Of a DNA stretch of 64,000 bases, positions 45,451 to 53,836 are shown piece by piece. The notes under the pieces were generated by a model that worked only from the letters and a program-made list of their open reading frames with translations, was not told the origin of the DNA and did no database searches. Origin of the DNA: a virus (lineage: Duplodnaviria > Caudoviricetes); IMG/VR virus record IMGVR_UViG_3300033067_001005, positions 11,545 to 75,544 of that record. The stretch is one strand, 5' to 3'. The position numbers were made by a program, and so were the translations under genes. Within the stretch, counting starts at the first letter, position 1, and each line of letters opens with the position of its first letter.

Positions 45451-45796
45451 GGACGGCTTTCCTAGGAAGGGGAAGGGGCGGACTCTAAAGGTGGGGAACG
45501 TCGACGTAGACCTGTTCCCTACTGGCGTTCTGTGCGGGGCGATCCATCGCAGCAAGAATACCCTCTATGAGTGGGAGGAACTCTACGGATTCCCTCGTGC
45601 TCTATACCGCATGACTGATGACAAGCGACAGCAGCGTTGGTACTCTCGCGCGCAGATCCTTGCCATCCTGGAGACGTACCGAGGCGTCGGAGAACTGAAA
45701 GGCAAGGTCAATAGAGCGCGCTTTCCCCAATTCATCGCAGCAGTTAGAACGTTTTTCTACACCATTGATGCTAAAACGGCGGAGCTGAAGAAATGA
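45362..45796 (+). CDS. MerR-like HTH DNA-binding protein
   Basis: L..AI.RS..TL..WE....FP...R.YSR.QI; start uncertain, overlaps helicase end. Confidence 0.55.
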   Translation: MPPSTTSDTPRKAKWGNARAWTCFLEYVDKDGFPRKGKGRTLKVGNVDVDLFPTGVLCGAIHRSKNTLYEWEELYGFPRALYRMTDDKRQQRWYSRAQILAILETYRGVGELKGKVNRARFPQFIAAVRTFFYTIDAKTAELKK

Positions 45797-46170
45797 GCGA
45801 CGAAGAGAGTACAGAGGAGATCATCGTTTGTTCCATCTGTGACAAGCCTTGGATCCCCCACCACACTGCCGATCAGCCTCATCCCTTCATTAGGACTAGA
45901 GACAGTGTGGGAGGCTTCGCCTACATCGCAATATGCTCTCCGTGCATGTCTGAGTTGAAGAAGGAAAGCGTGCCTATGACGTGCCTCGTGTGCAAGCGTC
46001 TAGAGTGGCTGACCATCACCTCTCAGAAAGCACTTGGGCTTCTAGAATCCATCGGCGATGGAAAGAAACTAGGTCTAATTCACTTTGTAACCGTAGACGT
46101 CTGTGGCGTATGTGAGAAAGGGACTCCCAATGAAGAAGCTATTGCTAGTGCTGTCCATGCTGCTTGTTAG
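45793..46170 (+). CDS. Zn-finger-like hypothetical protein
   Basis: four CxxC pairs. Confidence 0.55.
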   Translation: MSDEESTEEIIVCSICDKPWIPHHTADQPHPFIRTRDSVGGFAYIAICSPCMSELKKESVPMTCLVCKRLEWLTITSQKALGLLESIGDGKKLGLIHFVTVDVCGVCEKGTPNEEAIASAVHAAC

Positions 46171-46501
46171 CGCCTGCGCCGGCACGTTCGAGGAGGCTCG
46201 GATGGTTGGCCTCAAGAGCAAGCCCGTAGGGGCAAGCTCGGCTAGAACGCCGGAGAAAGAGAAGTACTGCCAGGAGCTGGATAGCTCGCGCATCTCGGCG
46301 GGAGCCAATGCCAAGGGGCTAGGCGTCGTGGCAGGGACCGCCGGAGGGGCTGGTGGCATCACTGCCGCCGTTCTGAGCGCTCCCAAGGGCGTCGTCATCA
46401 CTGCCGCAGTCGTCAGCGTTCTGGCGGGGGCCGGCGCTGTACAGCAGCTGTTCACCTCGGAAGCTAAGGGCGTCACCTGGACGAGGGAGTGCGGACAATG
46501 A
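46130..46501 (+). CDS. lipoprotein with a glycine-zipper/TM segment
   Basis: MKKLLLVLSMLLVSA-C lipobox; long hydrophobic Gly/Ala segment near the C-terminus. Confidence 0.65.
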   Translation: MKKLLLVLSMLLVSACAGTFEEARMVGLKSKPVGASSARTPEKEKYCQELDSSRISAGANAKGLGVVAGTAGGAGGITAAVLSAPKGVVITAAVVSVLAGAGAVQQLFTSEAKGVTWTRECGQ

Positions 46502-46764
46502 ACTTCGGAGCAGCCCTATCGGCTCTAAAGTCTGGAGCCTACGCACGCAGAACTGGCTGGAACGGGAAGGGTATGTGGCTGCACATCCAGCGGCCTGACG
46601 CCTTCTCCAAGATGAGCCTTCCCTACCTCTACATGTTCACTGCGGACAAGCATCAGGTTCCCTGGCTTGCCAGCCAAACGGACATTATGGCCGAGGATTG
46701 GCAGATTTTCTACACTAGTGGCAGCAACCTAGCTCCACAAGACAGCGCCGACTGGATCGACTAA
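46498..46764 (+). CDS. DUF2829 / Tad2-like protein
   Basis: MNFG.AL..LK.G...RR.GWNGKGMWL...PYLY...PW.ASQTD..AEDW. Confidence 0.88.
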   Translation: MNFGAALSALKSGAYARRTGWNGKGMWLHIQRPDAFSKMSLPYLYMFTADKHQVPWLASQTDIMAEDWQIFYTSGSNLAPQDSADWID

Positions 46765-47117
46765 TGAAAAGACAAATCAGAGCAGCCATTCTAATGGCTG
46801 CCTCCGTGCTCATGCTGGGATCCACCTGTAACAGCAACAAGGACCACAAGTACGAGCCTCAGCTAGCACCTATCCCTGTTCCGGGGCAGACGCCAGAAGC
46901 CTGTAAGTTGGCTGCTGACCGAATCGAGATTCTAAAGTGCATGCGCAGTGATGGAAAGCCTCTGTGGGTCTCTGTGAAGGGGAAGCCATGGAGCGTCTAC
47001 TGCGTAGAGGCTGCTAACGAGGGGGATGTGCTCCGGCCCGACTGCATCGTCAGGGCAACAGACTGTGAACAGGTCAACGTCTACTCCCACGTTCCACTGG
47101 AGAAGTCCTGTCCATGA
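46764..47117 (+). CDS. Cys-rich lipoprotein
   Basis: MKRQIRAAILMAASVLMLGST-C lipobox-like signal; further Cys residues. Confidence 0.6.
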   Translation: MKRQIRAAILMAASVLMLGSTCNSNKDHKYEPQLAPIPVPGQTPEACKLAADRIEILKCMRSDGKPLWVSVKGKPWSVYCVEAANEGDVLRPDCIVRATDCEQVNVYSHVPLEKSCP

Positions 47118-48004
47118 GCATCCTAACCCAAGGTGAGATTAGTTTCGGCTACAAGCCTGACCTTCCCCCCGCTCTTAGAGCTTGGTCCCCCAAGGCTGAC
47201 TGGGATTTCAAAGACCTGAAGGGCAACCTGAAGGTAGCCGGAACCGGGAACACGCACGTACTTCCTCTAAAGTACATTTTCGTCCGCAACCAGAACCCGT
47301 ACCCCACTTGCGTGGGCCATGGAACGTGGGCGGCTCTAAAGTTCCAGCTAGCATACGTGCTAGGAAAGGACTTCAACCCTTCCGCTCTCATGCTCTGGTA
47401 CAACGCCTGCAAGTTCTCTGGCACGCTGCCCAACGTGGAGGGCACATACATCAATGCTGCGCTCTACGCTTTGGGTCACAACGGCTTCTGTTCCGAGGAC
47501 AAGGACCGCTACCTGAAGCAGACTCCTGGGGGTATCTGGATCCCTAAGGATGAAACTGAGATGGTGGTTCGTCCGGAGCTAGAGGCTCTACAGGACGCCG
47601 ACGATAACAAGCTAGAGGAATTCGAGTATCGCCGCGTCTCTCCTGACCCGGACGACATCGAAGCCAGCATTCGCGCCAACATCGGCGTGATTACTGGAAA
47701 GGCAGTAGGTAGCAGCTACATCAACCAATTCGACAACCCGGACGAGGAGACTGTCCTAACGGACATGGGCCCGTATGCTGGTCGTCACTGCACCTACTAC
47801 ATCGGCGTTCGTCAGGTCTATAGAGGCGGACAGCTGAAGAGAGAGTTCCTCGACTTCAACTCCTGGGGACCTTGGGGCCACGGCGCCGTAGGCTCCGACG
47901 GAGAAAGCATCCCATACGGGTGCCGTTGGATTAGCGAAGACCTCGCTGCCTCCGGCGAAGACAACTGGGCAGTAACCATCTCTAAGCAGCACTTCATCGT
48001 CTAA
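47114..48004 (+). CDS. papain-like (C1A) cysteine peptidase
   Basis: VRNQ....CVG (oxyanion Gln, catalytic Cys), GRHC (His), FNSWG.WG (Asn); N-terminal GY.PD. Confidence 0.8.
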   Translation: MSILTQGEISFGYKPDLPPALRAWSPKADWDFKDLKGNLKVAGTGNTHVLPLKYIFVRNQNPYPTCVGHGTWAALKFQLAYVLGKDFNPSALMLWYNACKFSGTLPNVEGTYINAALYALGHNGFCSEDKDRYLKQTPGGIWIPKDETEMVVRPELEALQDADDNKLEEFEYRRVSPDPDDIEASIRANIGVITGKAVGSSYINQFDNPDEETVLTDMGPYAGRHCTYYIGVRQVYRGGQLKREFLDFNSWGPWGHGAVGSDGESIPYGCRWISEDLAASGEDNWAVTISKQHFIV

Positions 48005-48012
48005 GAGGGAAC

Positions 48013-48510
48013 ATGTCGTCTAAGAAGCCGGTAGCCACTACCTCCATTTCTGTTCTAGGTGTCAAGGCCACGCTGCGAGAGATGCTAGAGCGCATCGAGA
48101 AGGCAGAAGCAGAGAAGGCTGCAGTACGCGGACTGCACAGCGAGCTGTTCAAGCACCTAGACTCCCTGGACTCCGTGATCGAGGAGACCAAAGAGTCGAT
48201 GAAGAGACTAATCTTCACCAAGGGAGGGCCGCCGGATGACGACGATGTTACTGGCAGAATGTGGGTGCCTGCTGAAGGCACCATCTTCGATGTCCGCATC
48301 GTCTACGCCAAGGAAAAGGACAGCTACGACCCGGCCAAGTTGCCGAAGGCTGTACTGTCCGCTCCTGGCGTCGTGACCGAAGTGGACACGGACGTCGTAA
48401 ACGCTCTACTAGCCGGCATGACGCCGGCCAAGCGCTACCGTGTACGGAAGGCGCTGCAAGAGGGCAAGTGGAAGACTCCAGCACTGGAGATTAGAAGACG
48501 AGAGGACTAG
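48013..48510 (+). CDS. hypothetical protein
   Basis: SD AGAGG; coiled-coil N-terminus. Confidence 0.6.
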   Translation: MSSKKPVATTSISVLGVKATLREMLERIEKAEAEKAAVRGLHSELFKHLDSLDSVIEETKESMKRLIFTKGGPPDDDDVTGRMWVPAEGTIFDVRIVYAKEKDSYDPAKLPKAVLSAPGVVTEVDTDVVNALLAGMTPAKRYRVRKALQEGKWKTPALEIRRRED

Positions 48511-48807
48511 ATGACGCATGCGCCGACTCATATCCTGAAGTGCAGAACGATCGCCTTCCAAGCCGTCATAGAGAAGACTAAAACCCATGACATCCGCTCT
48601 ACTCTGGATTGCGAGTATGCCGTCGGCGACGTTTTGCACTATCAGGAATGGGACGACGCCACCTCGAGCTACACGGGCCGTAATGCCTGGGTGACCGTCA
48701 CCTTCGTCGACCAGTTCTCCACGGACGCCGTAGCCCTGTCTATCCATCTGTCGCACTTCACCGACCGGCCCCCATCGGGGCACTACATGAAAACCGAGTC
48801 CTTCTAA
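48511..48807 (+). CDS. DUF3850/ASCH-PUA-like protein
   Basis: H.LK....F.AV....KT..IR...Y.VGD.L...EWD...YTGR...V.VT. Confidence 0.75.
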   Translation: MTHAPTHILKCRTIAFQAVIEKTKTHDIRSTLDCEYAVGDVLHYQEWDDATSSYTGRNAWVTVTFVDQFSTDAVALSIHLSHFTDRPPSGHYMKTESF

Positions 48808-48825
48808 CTCAGAAAGCCGATCGCC

Positions 48826-49206
48826 ATGAGCATGCCCCGTCTCACCCTTCCCAAGCTGAAAGGCACTCCTGTCCGCAAGCCCGGAGGGCAGGCTTTCACC
48901 TCAATGGAGGTAGAAAAGACCACCCGCAGCGGAGAGAAGCAGACACTAGCCGCTTCAGAAGAGGTCCATGAGGTGACTCCCGCCGTAACCACTACAGGAG
49001 ACGCCTTCGTGGGGAGCGAGATGCATGTAACCATCCCAGGACCCCCCAAGAGCTACAAGACGGTAAGAATCGGGGCTTCCGTCTACATCCCCTGCGAAAC
49101 GGACGACAAGTCCATCTCTAACGCTCTTTCCAGAGCTGATGCGCTAGCTCAGCAGCACCTTGAGGGGCTAGCAGCCGAGGCACACAAGTTCTTGTCGGAG
49201 GGCTAG
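48826..49206 (+). CDS. hypothetical protein
   Basis: 126 aa ORF, Y..VRIG..V.IPC motif. Confidence 0.6.
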   Translation: MSMPRLTLPKLKGTPVRKPGGQAFTSMEVEKTTRSGEKQTLAASEEVHEVTPAVTTTGDAFVGSEMHVTIPGPPKSYKTVRIGASVYIPCETDDKSISNALSRADALAQQHLEGLAAEAHKFLSEG

Positions 49207-49287
49207 ATGATCATCAAGGCTAAGGTTTGTGAGAACTGCGGGCATGTGAAGTGCGATGGCAAGTGCAAGAAGGGAAAGGACTGCTAG
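49207..49287 (+). CDS. tiny Cys/Lys-rich ORF (26 aa)
   Basis: read by hand: ATG right after the previous TAG; MIIKAKVCENCGHVKCDGKCKKGKDC. Confidence 0.35.
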   Translation: MIIKAKVCENCGHVKCDGKCKKGKDC

Positions 49288-49369
49288 AGCCCGAATTACT
49301 CTAATCAGGAAGGGGCGGGGACCAGCGGAGGCAGGAACGTCGAAATTCCACCCTCTAATGGTCCTCGCT

Positions 49370-49500
49370 CATATAAAATAAGTGCGAAGTTAGTACACTC
49401 ACGCGCGTATGCGCGTATGCGCGTTTCTCACCCCTCTGGGGTGATACCCGTGCGTACGTGCGTACGTGCATGCCTGCACGAACACGCGGCGCGCGCGAGA
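49370..49500. repeat. candidate replication origin: AT-rich patch, tandem 8-mers and a hairpin
   Basis: ATATAAAATAA; GCGCGTAT tandem copies; TCACCCC-tct-GGGGTGA; GTGCGTAC tandem copies. Confidence 0.55.
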
Positions 49501-49513
49501 AAAGGTTGCACTA

Positions 49514-49900
49514 ATGTCTCAGCTTCAATACTGGAAGATCAAGTTCTTCGACCAACACTCTTCTAGACTCGACTCCGTTCGTTTGAAGAACATAGTGGAG
49601 ATCAACGAGCAGAAATGCTTGCTCTACAGAGGCCTAACCCACTATGACACGTCTACCGTTGCTGCTACCCACCTTGGAGTACTTCCAAGTGAGGTGCAGC
49701 TAGAACTTGTCGGACCTGTGGAAACCATCTCTGATCTCCATGCCGCTTTGGGATTAGAGAAATTCCGCGTTCTATTGCTCGTTTATCACACTGAAGAAGG
49801 TCTAACAGAAGAGTTGCTTGGAGCCAACGAGAGTCTAATCAAGATGGTCATCGGAGGACCGCACTCTTTACGCAACTCCAGTGACTGGCTGAAGCCCTGA
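49514..49900 (+). CDS. hypothetical protein
   Basis: ATG 49514; AT-richer than neighbours. Confidence 0.5.
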   Translation: MSQLQYWKIKFFDQHSSRLDSVRLKNIVEINEQKCLLYRGLTHYDTSTVAATHLGVLPSEVQLELVGPVETISDLHAALGLEKFRVLLLVYHTEEGLTEELLGANESLIKMVIGGPHSLRNSSDWLKP

Positions 49901-49999
49901 TCGGCTGTTGCCCTCAGCTGAAATGTGGGGCATTCTGGCGCTCGCTTTTCACACCGCCCGAAAAGATTAGCGCAATTCACACTCTAGAAAGAGGTTACC

Positions 50000-51109
50000 A
50001 TGGCCGCCGCCCGCTTTCGTCTACCGCCTAGGTCCGCCAACTCTAAGACCACTACTCCTGAAGACCTTGACGGCATCATGTCGTGGGTCAATGCCGATGA
50101 CCGGAACAAGGAAGATGCCCTGGCACCCGTAGCCAACATCGACTTTACAGACAGGAAGACGCTAATGGTCCCTATGAAGGGGGCCCAGCGTCGCGAATAC
50201 GCCTTCAACGAAAGCTCCTACAAGCAGCTGTGCTCGCTACTAGGCATTCCCGCCAAGTATCTAGCGACGTGCCCCGTAGATGGGCCCGGCGGGCAGAAGG
50301 CGCAGGTAGAGAACAGAATCGAGCAGCACGGCGGGAAGGAACTCCTCGTGCGCGTTCGTAATGCGCCAATGGACGTAGACGGGAAGAAGGTTGCTGGAGT
50401 TGTCCGCGCCGTACTGCCAGGCAACTACACTCCCTTCGACAATCGTCACATGGTGACTTCACTCCGCTCGGCTATCGCCCAAGCCGGCGAATTCAAGCTG
50501 CAAGCCTCTAACATCACAGACCCGAGGTCTTCCGAAAAGGCTCTACAGATTCGGATGACCAGGGAGGAGACGTTCGAGATCGGAGAGCTAGGCCTGAACG
50601 ACCCACATCAGGTTGGCTTCCACGCCGTCACCTCCGAGGTGGGACTACAGCACCTGTCCGTCTCCGCTCTTGTGTGGCGCCTTGTCTGCACTAACGGGAT
50701 GATGGGGTGGGGAGACAGCCGTATCTTGGACACCAACTACACTAACCACACGGTTAGCGAGCTGATGCCGCGCATCCATGAGGCCGTGCTAATCAGCATG
50801 CGCCAGGAAGAGGCAATCAAAGACATGCTCCACCGGGTGTACCTGGAGCCTGTGAAGGACCCCGAATCCTCTATTCACATCTTCGCCCGCAAGATGAAGT
50901 TGTCCGACAGCCTGACCGAAAGGGCCCTCTACCACCTGAAGATGGACCGAAGTGCCAAGCCAACGAAGTTCACCGTTCTACAGGCCTTCACGGCCACCGC
51001 TCGGGAGGCTCCGCTGGCCGAACGAGCAGGACTAGAGGCTCTAATTGGTAAGACCCTCATCGGGGGCTCTTACACGTTGGAGCAGAATGCACATGACGAG
51101 GAAGCATGA
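50000..51109 (+). CDS. DUF932-like protein
   Basis: RA.L...Y...DN and G....SEVG...SV...VWRLVCTNGM motifs. Confidence 0.65.
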   Translation: MAAARFRLPPRSANSKTTTPEDLDGIMSWVNADDRNKEDALAPVANIDFTDRKTLMVPMKGAQRREYAFNESSYKQLCSLLGIPAKYLATCPVDGPGGQKAQVENRIEQHGGKELLVRVRNAPMDVDGKKVAGVVRAVLPGNYTPFDNRHMVTSLRSAIAQAGEFKLQASNITDPRSSEKALQIRMTREETFEIGELGLNDPHQVGFHAVTSEVGLQHLSVSALVWRLVCTNGMMGWGDSRILDTNYTNHTVSELMPRIHEAVLISMRQEEAIKDMLHRVYLEPVKDPESSIHIFARKMKLSDSLTERALYHLKMDRSAKPTKFTVLQAFTATAREAPLAERAGLEALIGKTLIGGSYTLEQNAHDEEA

Positions 51110-51570
51110 GTGTTAGTGCTGCTTTAGCTTGGTACAGACGCAATAGAGAGACGATCTTACCAAAAGCTAGAGAACGTGGAAACGCTCGCTACAAGGAAAA
51201 GAAAGTAGAGATACTAGCCAAGGCAAAAGCCAGATATCATGCGGACCCAAGTAAGTATGCTGATAAAGAGCTGAAAAGAAGGTTCGGAATAGGACTGGCT
51301 GACTACTTTCTGCTGTTACAAAACCAAGGCAATGCCTGCGCTATATGCAAGTCGTCTACTCCGGGAGGGCGTGGACGCTTTCATGTGGATCACTGCCACA
51401 CTACTGGAAAGATTAGAGGGATTCTTTGCCATTCCTGCAATGTGGGATTGGGTGTGTTCAAAGACAGTCCCTTTCTTCTCTTTCTAGCTTCCGCCTATCT
51501 AAGGAGCCATAAGTCTGATGTCAGCAGCAGAAATCGATTGGGAAGCCGCGCTCATCTCCGCTATCGTTAG
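51106..51570 (+). CDS. endonuclease VII-type HNH homing endonuclease
   Basis: CAIC...HVDHCHTTGKIRGILCHSCN.GLG.FKD; AT-richer; overlaps both neighbours. Confidence 0.88.
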   Translation: MSVSAALAWYRRNRETILPKARERGNARYKEKKVEILAKAKARYHADPSKYADKELKRRFGIGLADYFLLLQNQGNACAICKSSTPGGRGRFHVDHCHTTGKIRGILCHSCNVGLGVFKDSPFLLFLASAYLRSHKSDVSSRNRLGSRAHLRYR

Positions 51571-52822
51571 TAGGAAGGATATACGAACTGTAATCAAAGC
51601 CAAACTCACGACCGAGTTCTTCTTTCAGCCGCTGAACCGCGCTGCGTTCAAGTGGCTACTACAACACTATGCCAACCCGCTGTACGGGGACACTCCGTCC
51701 TGGGAAAGCTTCCAGCACTCGTTCTCCGGGTTCATCCCCGTAGAGCTAGACGACAGCATCCCGGCTCTCTGCTCCAAGGTCCGTGAACACAAGCTCTATA
51801 ACGACATCGCTGCCACGCTTCAAGACGTGGCGGACACAACAACTGGAGACCCATTCTCTGGTCTAGACCGTCTGCGAGAGCTGACCTCCCACCTGTCTTC
51901 CCTTCACCGGGTAGACAGCATCATCGACATCAGGAGCCAGATCGAGACTCTAAGGGAAGAGTACTTCCGCATGAAGGAAAACCCTACGGGCCTCAAAGGG
52001 AAGCCCTACCCGTGGGACGCGCTCAATAGAGCCACCCTAGGAGCGCAGAACGGTCAGTACATCCTGATTTACGGCCGGCCGAAACGAGGCAAGACGTGGT
52101 ACGGGCTCTATGTGTGCCAGACGTGGCACGCGCACGGGGACCGGCCGCTCATCCTCTCGCAGGAGCTATCGGACATCGAGATGTGCCGAAGGTACGTTGC
52201 TCTGTCCACCTGCGTTCCGTACGGGCTCTATCAGAGAGGTCAGCTGCCGCCAGACATGGAGGCTGACTTCCTGGAGAACCTAACGGCGTTCATCGAGCAG
52301 CCTCCGGTGATGATTACCCAGCTGGCCTCCAGAGGAGAGCAGGCGCTAATCGACATCGGCGCGCTCATCGACGAGTATGGAGCTACCTCCGTGTTCATCG
52401 ATGGCGTACACAACCTCGGGGTGGACACTAAAGAGCTTTATGCTCTGTCCAAGGGGCTCAAGGGGCTAGCCGGGGCTAAGAAGGTCCCCATGCTCATGAC
52501 CACCCACGCCAACAAGTCTAGAGGCAAGCAATCGAATGAGGCCACGCTAGAGGGCGGAGATGACATCGCCCACGCCGACGCCTTCTTCCAGGACAGTGAC
52601 CTTGCTATCCGGCTCACAGCGGACATCGAAGACATGAAGCAGAATCAGGTCAAGATGTTCACTGCCGCCGTTAGAGAAGGCACTTCAACCCTGTTCGTGG
52701 TCAACCGCCACTTGTGCCAGGACCTGACGCAGAAGGCTGTAATCCGCTTTGGAGAGTCCGATTCGGAGGACGAGCCGACTGTCGAGGGCGATGTGGACGC
52801 AGAGCCTGATGTGAGGGAATAG
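51518..52822 (+). CDS. replicative helicase, DnaB-like (SF4)
   Basis: G.P.PW..LN....G, GRPKRGKT Walker A, VFIDGV, D.IA.ADAF.QDSD. Confidence 0.88.
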   Translation: MSAAEIDWEAALISAIVSRKDIRTVIKAKLTTEFFFQPLNRAAFKWLLQHYANPLYGDTPSWESFQHSFSGFIPVELDDSIPALCSKVREHKLYNDIAATLQDVADTTTGDPFSGLDRLRELTSHLSSLHRVDSIIDIRSQIETLREEYFRMKENPTGLKGKPYPWDALNRATLGAQNGQYILIYGRPKRGKTWYGLYVCQTWHAHGDRPLILSQELSDIEMCRRYVALSTCVPYGLYQRGQLPPDMEADFLENLTAFIEQPPVMITQLASRGEQALIDIGALIDEYGATSVFIDGVHNLGVDTKELYALSKGLKGLAGAKKVPMLMTTHANKSRGKQSNEATLEGGDDIAHADAFFQDSDLAIRLTADIEDMKQNQVKMFTAAVREGTSTLFVVNRHLCQDLTQKAVIRFGESDSEDEPTVEGDVDAEPDVRE

Positions 52823-53826
52823 TGGCCATACAGAGCCGTAAAGACTTCACGGTTCTAATCAGACAGCTACTGACCCCTTACGACCTCTGGGAACAGGGGG
52901 CGGGGCACTACCGCTCTTGCTGCCCTGTTCACGGAGGCGCTAACAAGTCCTCATTCGTTATTGACAGCGTAGGTCGATGGCGATGTCACTCGTGCAAGGC
53001 CTGGGGAGACTTGACCAAGCTGGTCTCGATTCTCACAGGCATTTCGCTGAAGCAGGCCAAAGAGACCATAGGCAACGCACCAGACCGTCTAATGACGGAG
53101 TTGCCCACCCTGTCTACCTGGGAAGAGCACAGGAAGGGCAAGGGGCCCAACTACTCGGTGCTGAGCGAGGCCACTCTAGGCCCGTACAGGCGCTACTGTC
53201 CTGGCTATCTGGTAGCCAGAGACTTTAGCGAGCTTGTTCTGAAGGAATACGAGATAGGGTACGACAATCACAATTGCCGTATTGTGATCCCTGCGCGTGA
53301 TGCGGAAGGCAGACTAGTAGGCCTAACCTACAGAACTGACTTCGATATCCCTGGCCGGCCGAAGTACTGGCACGACCAATGGGACAAGAGCGCACACCTT
53401 TGGGGGCTTCACAAGCACGCCGGGAAGCTAGTAGAGAACTTCTTCCTCGTGGAAGGGCAGCTGGACGCTGTGAGACTCAGCCAGCTAGGCCAACCGGCGG
53501 CGGCCATCATGGGGTCGTCTATCTCTAGCATGCAGATATCCGTTCTCGTCCGCAACGTTCGATGCAAGAGACTAGTGCTCATGTTCGACAACGACGAGGC
53601 CGGAGTCAGCGCAACGAAGCAGGTGCTGAAGGCGCTCTCTAAGACGCGCTTTTCCAAGAGTACATACATCGCTTCCTACGAAGCGAAAGACCCAGGGGAA
53701 CTACGCCGGATGAAAGGTGTTGTAATCCGACATTGGACGAAAGCCCTGTTGCCATCGTCCGACAAACCCCCTATTCTGAAGCTTCCTGCGCTGCTTGCGC
53801 ACACCAAACAACCCTCTATGGGTTAG
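52822..53826 (+). CDS. DNA primase (CHC2 Zn finger + TOPRIM)
   Basis: CPVH...S......W.CHSC; LVEGQLD; MFDNDEAG; KDPGE. Confidence 0.9.
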   Translation: MAIQSRKDFTVLIRQLLTPYDLWEQGAGHYRSCCPVHGGANKSSFVIDSVGRWRCHSCKAWGDLTKLVSILTGISLKQAKETIGNAPDRLMTELPTLSTWEEHRKGKGPNYSVLSEATLGPYRRYCPGYLVARDFSELVLKEYEIGYDNHNCRIVIPARDAEGRLVGLTYRTDFDIPGRPKYWHDQWDKSAHLWGLHKHAGKLVENFFLVEGQLDAVRLSQLGQPAAAIMGSSISSMQISVLVRNVRCKRLVLMFDNDEAGVSATKQVLKALSKTRFSKSTYIASYEAKDPGELRRMKGVVIRHWTKALLPSSDKPPILKLPALLAHTKQPSMG

Positions 53827-53836
53827 GAGAATTCTA

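Noticed and set aside
49290-49513. tRNA or known ncRNA in the large intergenic gap
   Set aside because: No cloverleaf, T-loop GTTCGA or D-loop pattern recognisable here or in other gaps.
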